Positions 56,601-64,000 of a stretch of DNA of 64,000 nucleotides are shown here, piece after piece. How positions within the stretch are numbered: the stretch's first letter is position 1; the number at the start of each line of letters is the position of its first letter. The position numbers and the translations under genes are program-made. The DNA is from Camelus ferus. Its lineage: Eukaryota. Under the pieces are notes generated by a model, which saw only the letters and a list, made by a program, of their open reading frames with translations, did not search any database and was not told where the DNA came from. The DNA lies in NCBI RefSeq assembly GCF_009834535.1, contig NC_045697.1:37946001-38010000 (forward strand). Reading direction: 5' to 3'.

Positions 56601-59600
56601 AATCTTTACTGCCAAGATTATATCACATTATGCTTTAAGAGAGGATCTGTTATTTTAAATAAATCCATTTTACAAAATTAAAAATTTACCTTTATGTTTT
56701 CGTAAAAAATCAATGCTCTTCTGTAGAACAGTAGATTTATCCATCTTTCTAGCATTACCAGGAAGCATGGATCCCAATTCTTTGATGAGAACATTAAATT
56801 GATCTCTACGTTTCTTCTCAGATTTGTTTCTAGATACTCTGATGAAATAAAAAATTAAATAAGCAGTTTTCAAACAATCCATTTAATTACACAAGTAGTT
56901 TAATACAATGCTCAATATTGACACAACCACATGGCATGTTACTTCTGTCAATATGGATAGTAATAAATATTATTTCCTAGGTTACAATATACATTTAATT
57001 AGGACAATAATTTTTCTTCTCAATTTATCACTAGAGAAACATATTAAGCATTTGGCATACATGTTTTAATGAAAATGTGAGTAAGACAAATTACATTCAA
57101 ATCTCAGGTTTAATTTAATGTCATTATTTATCAAGAACTGGTATTTTCCTAATGAGGTTATTATGAATATTACTGAGATATACTGTGAAAGTACATATAA
57201 TGTATAAATACAAATTACTAATAATTACTGAATAGGAGAAAGTTATTCATCTTCTGTAAGTTTTAAATTACAAACAGAAATCTAAAAATGAAAATCTCCC
57301 TACCCTCAGGTTTACCCACATATTCTTCCTCTTTATTCCTCCATCCCAGCCTCCAGAACAGAGCTGTAACCACTTATTTGCATATCTGTCTCTCCATTTG
57401 GCTGTGGGCTTCTTGGTAACAGAGCCCAAATTTTTTCATCTAAGCACTTAAGCATAACACCTAACAAACAGTAAGTGCTCAAAATATATGTGCTAAGTGA
57501 ATAATTCCCACTGTTCCGTGTGAAGCAGTAACCTGTAAACAAACTCTAAGTTGCACTAAGACCTCTAGAGGTAAGTAAATACAATTATTTACAGGGCAAT
57601 TAATCATTCTATAATATTTCTAATTATCTGCTTTGTGAAGTTGTATTTCAGAATTCAATTTTTGTTTAAGCAAAGTATAATACTTTCCCCAAAGGTCAGA
57701 GGATAATTCTACTAATGTAATTTAACTTTACTTCAATAAAGAAGAAGCATGTATTCTATATTAGCACTGTGAAAAAATACAACTGTTCAAATCTCTTAAG
57801 AAACATAACACAAATGAACTGACTCCCTCACCAAGCATTGAGTGCTTTGTTATAATGACAGAGACTGTGCTAATAAGGGCAGGAAATAACTGGGGAATGA
57901 TAAGCCGTTTCAAGAAATTCATCTAACTCCTATGGAAACTCCTAAGTGTGCCGAATTGAGTCATGGAGCCTGAGTGAGAAAGGGATGACAGTTGGGGTGA
58001 GTAGGACATTTTAGACATAGTAACCTTGTACAAAAACAAAAACCTATCACAAGTAGCTCGGCATGGCTAAGTGGCTCGTGTACAGGCTTTCTGTGCCCAA
58101 TTATGTTGGAGTTAGGCTGTGGATGGGGAGCAAGTGGGGCAGTACTGAAAAAAATTATGAAATTTTTATGCTATGAAAAAGGATTTTAGTTTAATCCTGA
58201 AAGATATGGGAAGGCACTGAAAGGTTTTAAGCAAAGAAATGACATGAAGAGAATTGCTTGTTCATCAGACCATTTCAGCATTAGAGTAATGAAAGGACCA
58301 GTGCTTGGCAAAACAAATTCATTTAACAAATACTACTGAAAACTTACTGTATGCCGAACAAGACCAAATGGTCAGATGACCATTTAGGAGGCAACTGCAA
58401 TATCCTAGCCTATAAACCATGGCAGTGGCAGTGTTAACAAAGCAGTGTGGATCTGAGGGTTAACAGGCATAACTCAGCAATTCTAGGGAAATTGGTTTAG
58501 AGTGGGGAAGCAAAAGAGAAATCAAAGGATTCCCAAGTTACTGATAATGCTGTTTATCAATAAGTGAAATATAACATGAGATACTGATTTTGGTGGATAA
58601 ATAGTGTGGGGGGAATTTAGAAATCATGAAATTGCCTGTTGGATGTTTTAAAGAACTTATACCAGAGGAAGTTAGACATAATGGGTCTAATTATATTTCT
58701 CTAGAAAGGAGTAAGTAGAAAACAGGTATCTCAGAATTAGTATATATGAAACATCTGAAGACATGGGCGGGGTTAAAATTTAGAGCTGTTATTTGTTGTG
58801 TATTTATATGTTAGGCACTACTGAAAACATTATGAAATCTAATTCCTATGAGATAGACTTCATTATTATTTTTCATTTTATAGGTGTGACAACTCAGCCA
58901 TAAAAAAGAGTATGTCCAGGATCATATAGCTTCCATGAAGCAACAATTCAAAATAGGTATTTTGGCTCCATGATAAGAAATTTATAGAAATCAAATATCA
59001 CTGCCAACTCTACCACTGGATCACACCCATTAAAGTAACTTTACTTCATACTACATTCAGGTTGGAAGTACTTAGCCCTTGTGATGAACTCAATGACAAC
59101 AGGCCACAGAGTCTGGCCACATCCATGAGTCTATACAATATATATATGAGTGCATAGAGATATAAATAGGAAAGAGACAAGTATTTTTACAGAAGAACTT
59201 CAAATATGTGTAGATATCCCCTCCTATGGGAGGTGAAGCTTAATTCTCCCATCCCTATTCCAAAGGTGGGCTATACTAAACAAACTGCTTCCAAAGAACA
59301 GTGTAGGTTAAGGAAAAAACAGGAACTACAATGGTGAATCTAGGCAAACCTGCCTTAGACAAGTGGTGAAGCCTAACATCACCAGTGATGTCACATAAAC
59401 TTTATGTACCACAATATGTGGGGAGAAGGGCACTTCTAGAGGATAATTTTATTCAATTTATAAATGTCATACAAATATTCTAAGCTCCTTCACACTGCGA
59501 ACATATCTAACTTCTTAACGCAGATAGCTTCTAGATATCACTGATTTACCATTTTTTACTATTACATTTAATTATTATTCATTTATTTACTGTTTTACAT

Positions 59601-61540
59601 CTTAAGTTGAACTACCTTTTTGCTTTGTCCTTGTCATCTTCTTCCACCAATCCATCAAAAATACTACCATCATCTCTAAAAGAAAAAGAAAGTCGACAGA
59701 GAAAGAGCAGACTCACTAAGGAACAGCAATAACTGAAACATGTGACTCAAATCAGTTCTATCCTAGCATTTTTGTAGAGTTAACAGATTGCATAAATTCA
59801 AACTCAATAATTATTAATGTGTTTTCTGATATATATATGGACAATTAAATTTAACTATGTCTTACATTTTTTAAAGTCTATTATAGAATGTACAACATCA
59901 AGAGTAAACCCTAATGTAAACTAAGGACTTTGGTTAATAATAATGTGTCCATGTTGGTTCATCGTTTGTACCAAATATGCCACACTGATGAGGGATGCTG
60001 AGGGTAGGGGTGTATATGTGTGGAGGGCTACATACAAAATCTGTACTTTCTGCTCAATTCTGCTATGACCCTGAAACTACTCTAAAAAATAAAGTTTATT
60101 AATAAAAAAAAATATGGAAACACATGTTTCAGAAAATGCAAATTAAGGCCGCAATGAGGAAAAAAAAAAAAACACAGGGCAGGCAATTCATACTGGTTTT
60201 AAAACATGCCTTTGATAAGTACGTATAGAAATAGAGCCGGGGCTGAAGGGATGAAGAATAGCGTAGCTGCTATTGGGTTTTTGCAGGTGATGTAAATGTT
60301 TTAGACTTAAAGTGGGGATGCTTGACCATCTTTGTAAATTTACTAAAATGACTGAATTGTACATTTTGAAAGAGTGAATTTTATGGCACATGAATTATAT
60401 CTCAAAAAAAAAAACTGTCCAGGAAAAATACTACAAGGGAATAAACTAAAATGATAATCATTAAAATAAATAAATAAAGTCTATCATAATAAACAAGAAT
60501 TTAATTTAATCAGAAGGTAAATATCTTGCTCCAAACTATTTACGTCATAGAAAAGGGAAGAAAGCTGCCCCTAGATGTCAAAAGTCACTTCTGCACCCAA
60601 CTCTAGCTACAAAACTCTTAAAGAATCTCCTGTGGAAGAGTCACACAGTATGCTATAATAAAAGCATAGGAACTCTAGTGTCAGACAGACCAACATAGGT
60701 CATAATTCCAGCTCATTACTTACTATGTGACCTTAAACAAGTTATTTAACCTCTCTGACCTAGTTTCCTCATCTGTAAAATCTCATGGAATTACTGTGAA
60801 GTTAAATGAAGTAAGACATAAAACAATATTCTGCACATTAGTTGTCAAAGAATAGGTGTTTTTTAAAAATGTTACTATATTTTAACAAATTTAAGATACC
60901 ACTGACTATAAGACTTATTTTATGTGGCATTAAGAAAGAAAAAAATGCTACCAATTAAACAATGATAAGCCAACTGTTAAGATGAGTCTCAATGTCAGAT
61001 GTTAAAATGTAAAAAAAATTAAAAATAAAGTTTTAAAATCAAATAAACAAGGAAGTCTATCCTTTTTCCAAGAGTAAGAGTTAAAGATTATAATTTCAAC
61101 TAATGAAATCCTAATTAGTTACCTCTTAGCAGTCAAATGCTAAGATGCTTAAAGGGCTGAGGTTAGCACCAACAGATAAGGAGACAGATGATTCCAGAAA
61201 GTGCCAAGGAAATTATCTGCAAATGTCTTAACTTCTTTCAGAGCAGTTCAGACTAAATCATTCAAAATTATAACTCAAGATTCATTTAGAACACAAGTTG
61301 CACACTGTTTATTTGGCTCTAGATAAAATACCGTACTTACTATCATGCAGTATTTGCTCAGTACAGAAGGTGAATGTAATAGTAATTATAGCTAAGCATA
61401 AAATTCCTTTTATCAGTTTGATATAGACCATTACTCTGTGAATTTTTAAAATAGTTTTATATAATTCAAGATAAAGAGTCTCTAAAAACATACCTGTCAA
61501 CAAGTGAGCTCATTTTACTACAGCTTACGGTAAACAACAT
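14348..61540 (-). CDS. CLOCK: CLOCK, bHLH-PAS circadian transcription factor; 20 coding exons, 2601 nt, 866 aa
   Basis: All 20 exons were located and translated by hand. Lengths 47,60,149,92,90,121,114,119,83,107,148,76,142,101,90,153,210,203,307,189 sum to 2601 with consistent phases. Confidence 0.98.
14405..14428 (-). repeat. Pure (CAG)8, coding polyQ in the last exon
   Basis: 24 nt of ctg on the + strand. Confidence 0.95.
14930..15320 (+). mobile_element. MIR remnants (two adjacent)
   Basis: cctgggtttcaaactctggct...tgtgacttggtcaag...tctcagtttcttcat core, then a second cctggatttgagttctgctctgccact...tgtgacctcaggcaag. Confidence 0.65.
17471..17777 (-). CDS. CLOCK: CLOCK coding exon 19, polyQ exon ([31 protein letters not shown]...Q23...QFLQ)
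   Basis: ORF 17405..17755; 307 nt; AG/GT bounded. Confidence 0.96.
17552..17620 (-). repeat. Pure (CAG)23 trinucleotide repeat, coding polyQ
   Basis: 69 nt of uninterrupted ctg on the + strand, counted directly. Confidence 0.97.
18040..19265 (+). mobile_element. L1 (old L1M-type) ORF2 3' part and 3' UTR
   Basis: ORFs 18069..18344 ([10 protein letters not shown]...) and 18462..18650 ([17 protein letters not shown]) are degenerate L1 ORF2. Confidence 0.9.
21578..21780 (-). CDS. CLOCK: CLOCK coding exon 18 ([12 protein letters not shown]...TFTQDRQIR); tandem NAGNAG acceptor
   Basis: 203 nt from the distal CAG, or 206 nt if the proximal TAG is used. Confidence 0.93.
22499..22708 (-). CDS. CLOCK: CLOCK coding exon 17 ([16 protein letters not shown]...LQSTSSQ)
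   Basis: ORF 22490..22708; 210 nt; aag acceptor, GTAAC donor. Confidence 0.95.
23553..23705 (-). CDS. CLOCK: CLOCK coding exon 16 (mouse 'exon 19' coiled coil: [51 protein letters not shown])
   Basis: Contained in ORF 23532..23789; 153 nt = 51 aa, matching the segment deleted in the Clock-delta19 mouse. Confidence 0.97.
23823..24477 (+). mobile_element. ERVL-type solo LTR (LTR41/LTR52-like)
   Basis: Starts TGTACTGCCTCTCAGCTCC, ends ...TGACTGATGACA; internal degenerate ccagc repeats. Subfamily is from memory. Confidence 0.65.
26443..26615. mobile_element. MER20-like hAT DNA transposon remnant
   Basis: tttctcaa...ggataatcctttgttgtg...gttgaga pattern resembles the recalled MER20 consensus. 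Confidence 0.55.
26715..26804 (-). CDS. CLOCK: CLOCK coding exon 15 ([30 protein letters not shown]), symmetric 90-nt exon
   Basis: 90 nt, phase 0-0, weak donor GTATTT. Confidence 0.93.
27345..27445 (-). CDS. CLOCK: CLOCK coding exon 14 ([33 protein letters not shown])
   Basis: 101 nt, AG/GT bounded; branch-point-like ACTAAT upstream of the acceptor. Confidence 0.95.
27675..28530 (+). mobile_element. L1 ORF2 end / 3' UTR fragment
   Basis: ORF 27806..28057 ([10 protein letters not shown]...[14 protein letters not shown]). Confidence 0.88.
29064..29205 (-). CDS. CLOCK: CLOCK coding exon 13 ([47 protein letters not shown])
   Basis: 142 nt, AG/GT bounded. Confidence 0.95.
29415..30385 (+). mobile_element. 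L1 ORF2 3' fragment
   Basis: Homologous to 18040-19030 (ggcaatgatttcttagatatgacactaaaa; gggaaatgcaaatcaaaacc). Confidence 0.85.
30878..31148. mobile_element. MER58-like hAT DNA transposon inside an L2 remnant
   Basis: caggg...ttttctgtaagggtcag...tattttaggctttgcaggcc...ccagatttggcc...gtttgccaatccct. Confidence 0.65.
32175..33280 (-). mobile_element. L1 3' UTR and ORF2 end fragment
   Basis: Reverse complement of the L1 motifs above (ttttgatttgcatttccctgatgattag; ttgcaccaacttacaattc). Confidence 0.85.
33420..33983 (+). mobile_element. MaLR solo LTR (MLT1 family)
   Basis: TG...CA ends; gagccacctggaaaggaactgagg and the terminal ttgttacacagcaa...taactaataca are typical of MLT1. Confidence 0.75.
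34436..34511 (-). CDS. CLOCK: CLOCK coding exon 12 ([25 protein letters not shown])
   Basis: 76 nt, AG/GT bounded. Confidence 0.95.
35062..35209 (-). CDS. CLOCK: CLOCK coding exon 11, PAS-B/PAC ([49 protein letters not shown])
   Basis: 148 nt, AG/GT bounded. Confidence 0.95.
35493..35750 (+). mobile_element. Truncated lineage-specific L1 3' UTR
   Basis: Similar to 47460-47700; flanked by tgtcagatc direct repeats. Confidence 0.75.
36697..36803 (-). CDS. CLOCK: CLOCK coding exon 10, PAS-B ([35 protein letters not shown])
   Basis: 107 nt, AG/GT bounded. Confidence 0.95.
37009..37091 (-). CDS. CLOCK: CLOCK coding exon 9, PAS-B ([28 protein letters not shown])
   Basis: 83 nt, AG/GT bounded. 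Confidence 0.95.
37563..37604 (-). pseudogene. 5S rRNA 5'-fragment (nt ~1-42) retropseudogene with 12-bp TSD and no polyA tail
   Basis: Minus strand reads GTCTATGGCCGTACCACCATGAACGTACCCGCTCTCATCTGA, 35/42 identical to the recalled mammalian 5S 5' end. TSD taaatcctttca at 37554-37565 and 37605-37616. Confidence 0.9.
38040..38275 (+). mobile_element. MIR remnant
   Basis: tgtgactttgggcaag...aacttccttaagcctcagtttcctt...taagcactcaataaat. Confidence 0.65.
38913..39031 (-). CDS. CLOCK: CLOCK coding exon 8 ([39 protein letters not shown])
   Basis: 119 nt, AG/GT bounded. Confidence 0.95.
39156..39269 (-). CDS. CLOCK: CLOCK coding exon 7 ([37 protein letters not shown])
   Basis: 114 nt, AG/GT bounded. 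Confidence 0.95.
42448..42568 (-). CDS. CLOCK: CLOCK coding exon 6, PAS-A ([40 protein letters not shown])
   Basis: 121 nt, AG/GT bounded. Confidence 0.95.
46725..47715. mobile_element. 5'-inverted (twin-primed) L1 insertion with 18-bp TSD
   Basis: TSD aaaagcacctaattctga at 46707-46724 and 47716-47733. ORF2 C-terminal segment on minus (ORF 46668..46955), 3' UTR plus polyA on plus; junction near 47245. Confidence 0.9.
47925..48380 (-). mobile_element. Older L1 3' end interrupted by a SINE
   Basis: ttagtttcaggtgcacaacatagtgatt matches 32207-32235; continues after the SINE. Confidence 0.7.
48063..48201 (-). mobile_element. tRNA-derived SINE (vic-1-like) nested in an older L1 3' end
   Basis: Degenerate tRNA head on the minus strand, T-rich tail on plus; TSD gtataatatattctt at 48048-48062 and 48202-48216. 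Confidence 0.8.
49589..49678 (-). CDS. CLOCK: CLOCK coding exon 5, PAS-A ([30 protein letters not shown])
   Basis: 90 nt, AG/GT bounded. Confidence 0.95.
52932..53024 (+). mobile_element. tRNA(Ala)-derived SINE (camelid vic-1-like)
   Basis: A-box agctcagtggtaga, B-box ggttcaatcc, A-rich tail; TSD aaaaatctgttcat at 52918-52931 and 53025-53038. Confidence 0.85.
53716..53807 (-). CDS. CLOCK: CLOCK coding exon 4 ([31 protein letters not shown])
   Basis: 92 nt, AG/GT bounded. Confidence 0.95.
56690..56838 (-). CDS. CLOCK: CLOCK coding exon 3, bHLH domain ([49 protein letters not shown])
   Basis: Contained in ORF 56670..56882; 149 nt, AG/GT bounded. Confidence 0.97.
59616..59675 (-). CDS. CLOCK: CLOCK coding exon 2 ([20 protein letters not shown])
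   Basis: 60 nt, AG/GT bounded, in frame. Confidence 0.95.
60640..60840 (+). mobile_element. MIR remnant
   Basis: tgtgaccttaaacaagttatttaacctctctg...agtttcctcatctgtaaaa. Confidence 0.65.
61494..61540 (-). CDS. CLOCK: CLOCK coding exon 1 ([16 protein letters not shown]); exon begins at 61583 with 5' UTR
   Basis: ATG at 61540-61538; donor GTATG; acceptor ...cccaag at 61584. Confidence 0.95.
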
Positions 61541-62139
61541 AACATACTACGTTTTCGTCTTGTGGTAGACATTTGTACTTCTCCTTGGGTAGAAAGAAAG
61601 ATAAATCATCATTGGTTTCTAAAAAACTTATTTCTACACACACAGTAAACTTGAGAAACACTATATGTTATCCTAGAGATTTCAAAATGTTTTTGTTTGT
61701 ACCAAAGGGTGGAATATTATTTTCAAGCAAATATCCTTAGTTGATGCACATTTAAGGCTTTTTTTTCCTTCTAAAAAAGGATTTTACAGGGGGAAAAAAT
61801 GAAGCTCATAATTCATTTTCTTTCTAAAACAAAATGATCAAAATTTAAAAGCCACTATTAATGTTCAGTATATATTAGACTATACAACTATAAATAGGTT
61901 GTAATAACACCATCCAATGGGCAATAAACATTTGTTGAAAGCCTGTTTTCTGTTAAACAGTACAGTTAGCTTTGGAAATACAAGGATGAAAGACACAGTC
62001 ATGGTTGGCAAAAATCTGCATTGAATAGGGAGATACTAAATAATTATAATTAAGGAATAAAGAAAGCATATGGGGGGAGTCGGGGAAATATTCTTGATTA
62101 TTTCTAGATTCTTGATACTGAACAAGGCAGTCTAGATTC

Positions 62140-62295
62140 TTGTTACTGAAAATGTGGTCCAGAGACCATCAGCATCATGTGACAGCTTGTTAAAATACAG
62201 AATCTTGGGCCCAACCTTAAGTCCTACTGAAACAGATCTTCATTATAACAAGGTCTCCACGTGATTTGTATGACAATTTAAGTTCGAGAAATAAC
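62140..62295. mobile_element. MER5A-like DNA transposon remnant
   Basis: aatgtggtcc...cagcatc...cttgttaaaatacagaatcttgggccc...ctactgaa...aagttcgagaa. Confidence 0.6.
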
Positions 62296-63923
62296 AAACT
62301 AAAGGACAGGAAGAGGTAATAGTTGAAAGGATTCGAAACTATAAGAATAGCAATTTGCAAAGGCACAGGCCTTTATGAGATGAGAGAGCATCCTATTTGA
62401 GAACTTAAGAGGCTTAGCATTTTCTTTAGAGAAAAATCTAGGCATATCACAACTGGAAGTTTTAATTACTAGAGCATGAAGTGAGAGAGAGTAGGAGTGG
62501 TAGAGGGGTGGAAGCAAGTCAAGAAGAGCCTTACTATAAAGGGTCTCATACTAACATTGAAGGAATTAAAATTTACTGCTTTAAAACTGAATCATAAGCC
62601 TAAAATTTCTCTCTCTATATTCTATGTAGTTCTAAAGTATAAGGCAGGTTTTATCCATGATACTTATATTTTATAGTCATTAATTAAATACTGAATAATC
62701 ACCTTACTTCTAATAAATATCCTAACAGTCTGAGGCATTAAGAAATTCTACTTTATTATATTTTTCATTTAAAATTAAGAAAATAGTGTAAATTAATGTG
62801 TATCTCTAACTAAACCAGAAAAGATTAAAGGGCATGAGATTCTAAAATATTCTATCATTGTTTTCAAATGTACATTTATGAGAATAAGAGAGAATAACCC
62901 TTGATAAATGATGCTGCACTGCCTATGCGGTTATGGCTGCAGAAATGGGACTGTAAAGGGCTAAGAAGTCTTAAAAGATAATGAGTGGGGGAGTCAGATT
63001 TAAAAATAAAAATAACTAGCTCCAGGATAAAACAATGATTTTAAGTGTCTGGGTCAACATCAGCAGATGGAATACAAAATTACAGAATTTTAGAGAATAG
63101 ATTTTAAAGATCACCTCTGGTCCAACAGACATACTTATTTTATCATGGTAATAACAGAGGCTGGTTCTATCATCAGAACAAAAAGAACAGTGCAAAGGTA
63201 ACACAGCCAATTTAGACGAATTTAAAAAGAACCGTTTCAGTTTAAACTTAAAAGACCAGATCTGAGACTTACATAGCAACAAGTATATGCTTGTTTAATT
63301 ACCAAAAGGTAGAACAGGGCAAACAACGGGGGAAAAAAGGACCCTAAAAACCAGGGCTTAAGACTATATAAACAGGAGCCATGCTAATTATAAGGGAAAT
63401 AAATCCAAAATGCTTTAGGAAGACAGACTGGTAAGCATTAGGCTGTTTTAATATTGTTGTTAACAATATTTTTCCAAATACTATTTGTTGTCTAGCTAAC
63501 TGAATAATGTAAAACTACATCTCTAAAAGTCTAGTCCAAGAGTCCCAGATCTTTTCTCTACTTTCCCAGACAATTGACAGACATGCTATATTTAAGGGAA
63601 GATAAGGGAAGAAGTGAAGTAGGCCCAAATAAGCACTCTAGAGCAATTGTTACAAGATTCCTCTTGACTTCTTTAAATGGTGTTGAATTAACTTTAACAA
63701 AACAAAGCGGTAATGGGGGAGCACCCAAAAGGTCTTGTGTGGGGACTACCCTAGGACTGATGCTTTCAGTACAAAAAGACTAGTAGGCAGAGTCATAATT
63801 GCTCTTGCTATGGATTCTAAGGATTCATTTTTAGAAGACATGAAATGTCCCTACACGCAGCAAGGAATTTCAAATAGATGGTGTAATATAGATTAAATAT
63901 TATTATTAAAAGCCTTTTTTCTT

Positions 63924-63964
63924 TTTTTTCCTGAAGTATAGTCAGTTTACAATGTTGTGTCAAT
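63924..63964 (-). mobile_element. ~40-nt L1 3' tip with 15-bp TSD
   Basis: TSD aaagccttttttctt at 63909-63923 and 63965-63979; insert matches the reverse complement of ~47656-47690. Confidence 0.8.
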
Positions 63965-64000
63965 AAAGCCTTTTTTCTTAAATATTGACATTAATAGGCC

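Noticed and set aside
60692..60702. Possible RORE/RevRE (AACATAGGTCA)
   Set aside because: It mismatches the WAWNTRGGTCA consensus and sits in a MIR; the known CLOCK RevRE is in upstream intronic sequence not identified here.
14348..61540. Possibility of missing, duplicated or frameshifted CLOCK exons
   Set aside because: All 20 coding exons are present once, in order and in frame, with canonical GT-AG sites.
62103..62150. 20-bp near-tandem duplication tctagattcttg(a/t)tactgaa
   Set aside because: Local duplication at the edge of a MER5A-like element; no functional indication.

Overview
Mammalian genomic DNA, probably camelid (two tRNA-Ala-derived SINEs resembling camelid vic-1; inference from recalled consensus). 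It carries two convergent genes. On the + strand are the last two exons and 3' UTR of TMEM165 (3973-~5655). On the - strand is the complete coding region of CLOCK: 20 coding exons from ATG at 61540 to TAG at 14348, 2601 nt / 866 aa, all GT-AG and in frame, followed by a ~7.4 kb 3' UTR. The non-coding 5' exons and promoter of CLOCK were not identified and probably lie beyond the window end. Introns are filled with L1, L2, MIR, LTR and MER-type repeats, several with intact target-site duplications. The most notable observations are: a pure (CAG)23 polyQ tract in CLOCK plus a second (CAG)8; a GC/CpG shift in repeats and exons at the left end, suggestive of GC-biased gene conversion; a tailless 5S rRNA retropseudogene; a twin-primed inverted L1; an overlapping uORF at the CLOCK start; a non-consensus +3 base at the 'exon 19' donor; and several short unexplained dispersed duplications. 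I found no convincing wholly new biological system. Comparisons to human/mouse and to repeat consensuses are from memory, not from a search.
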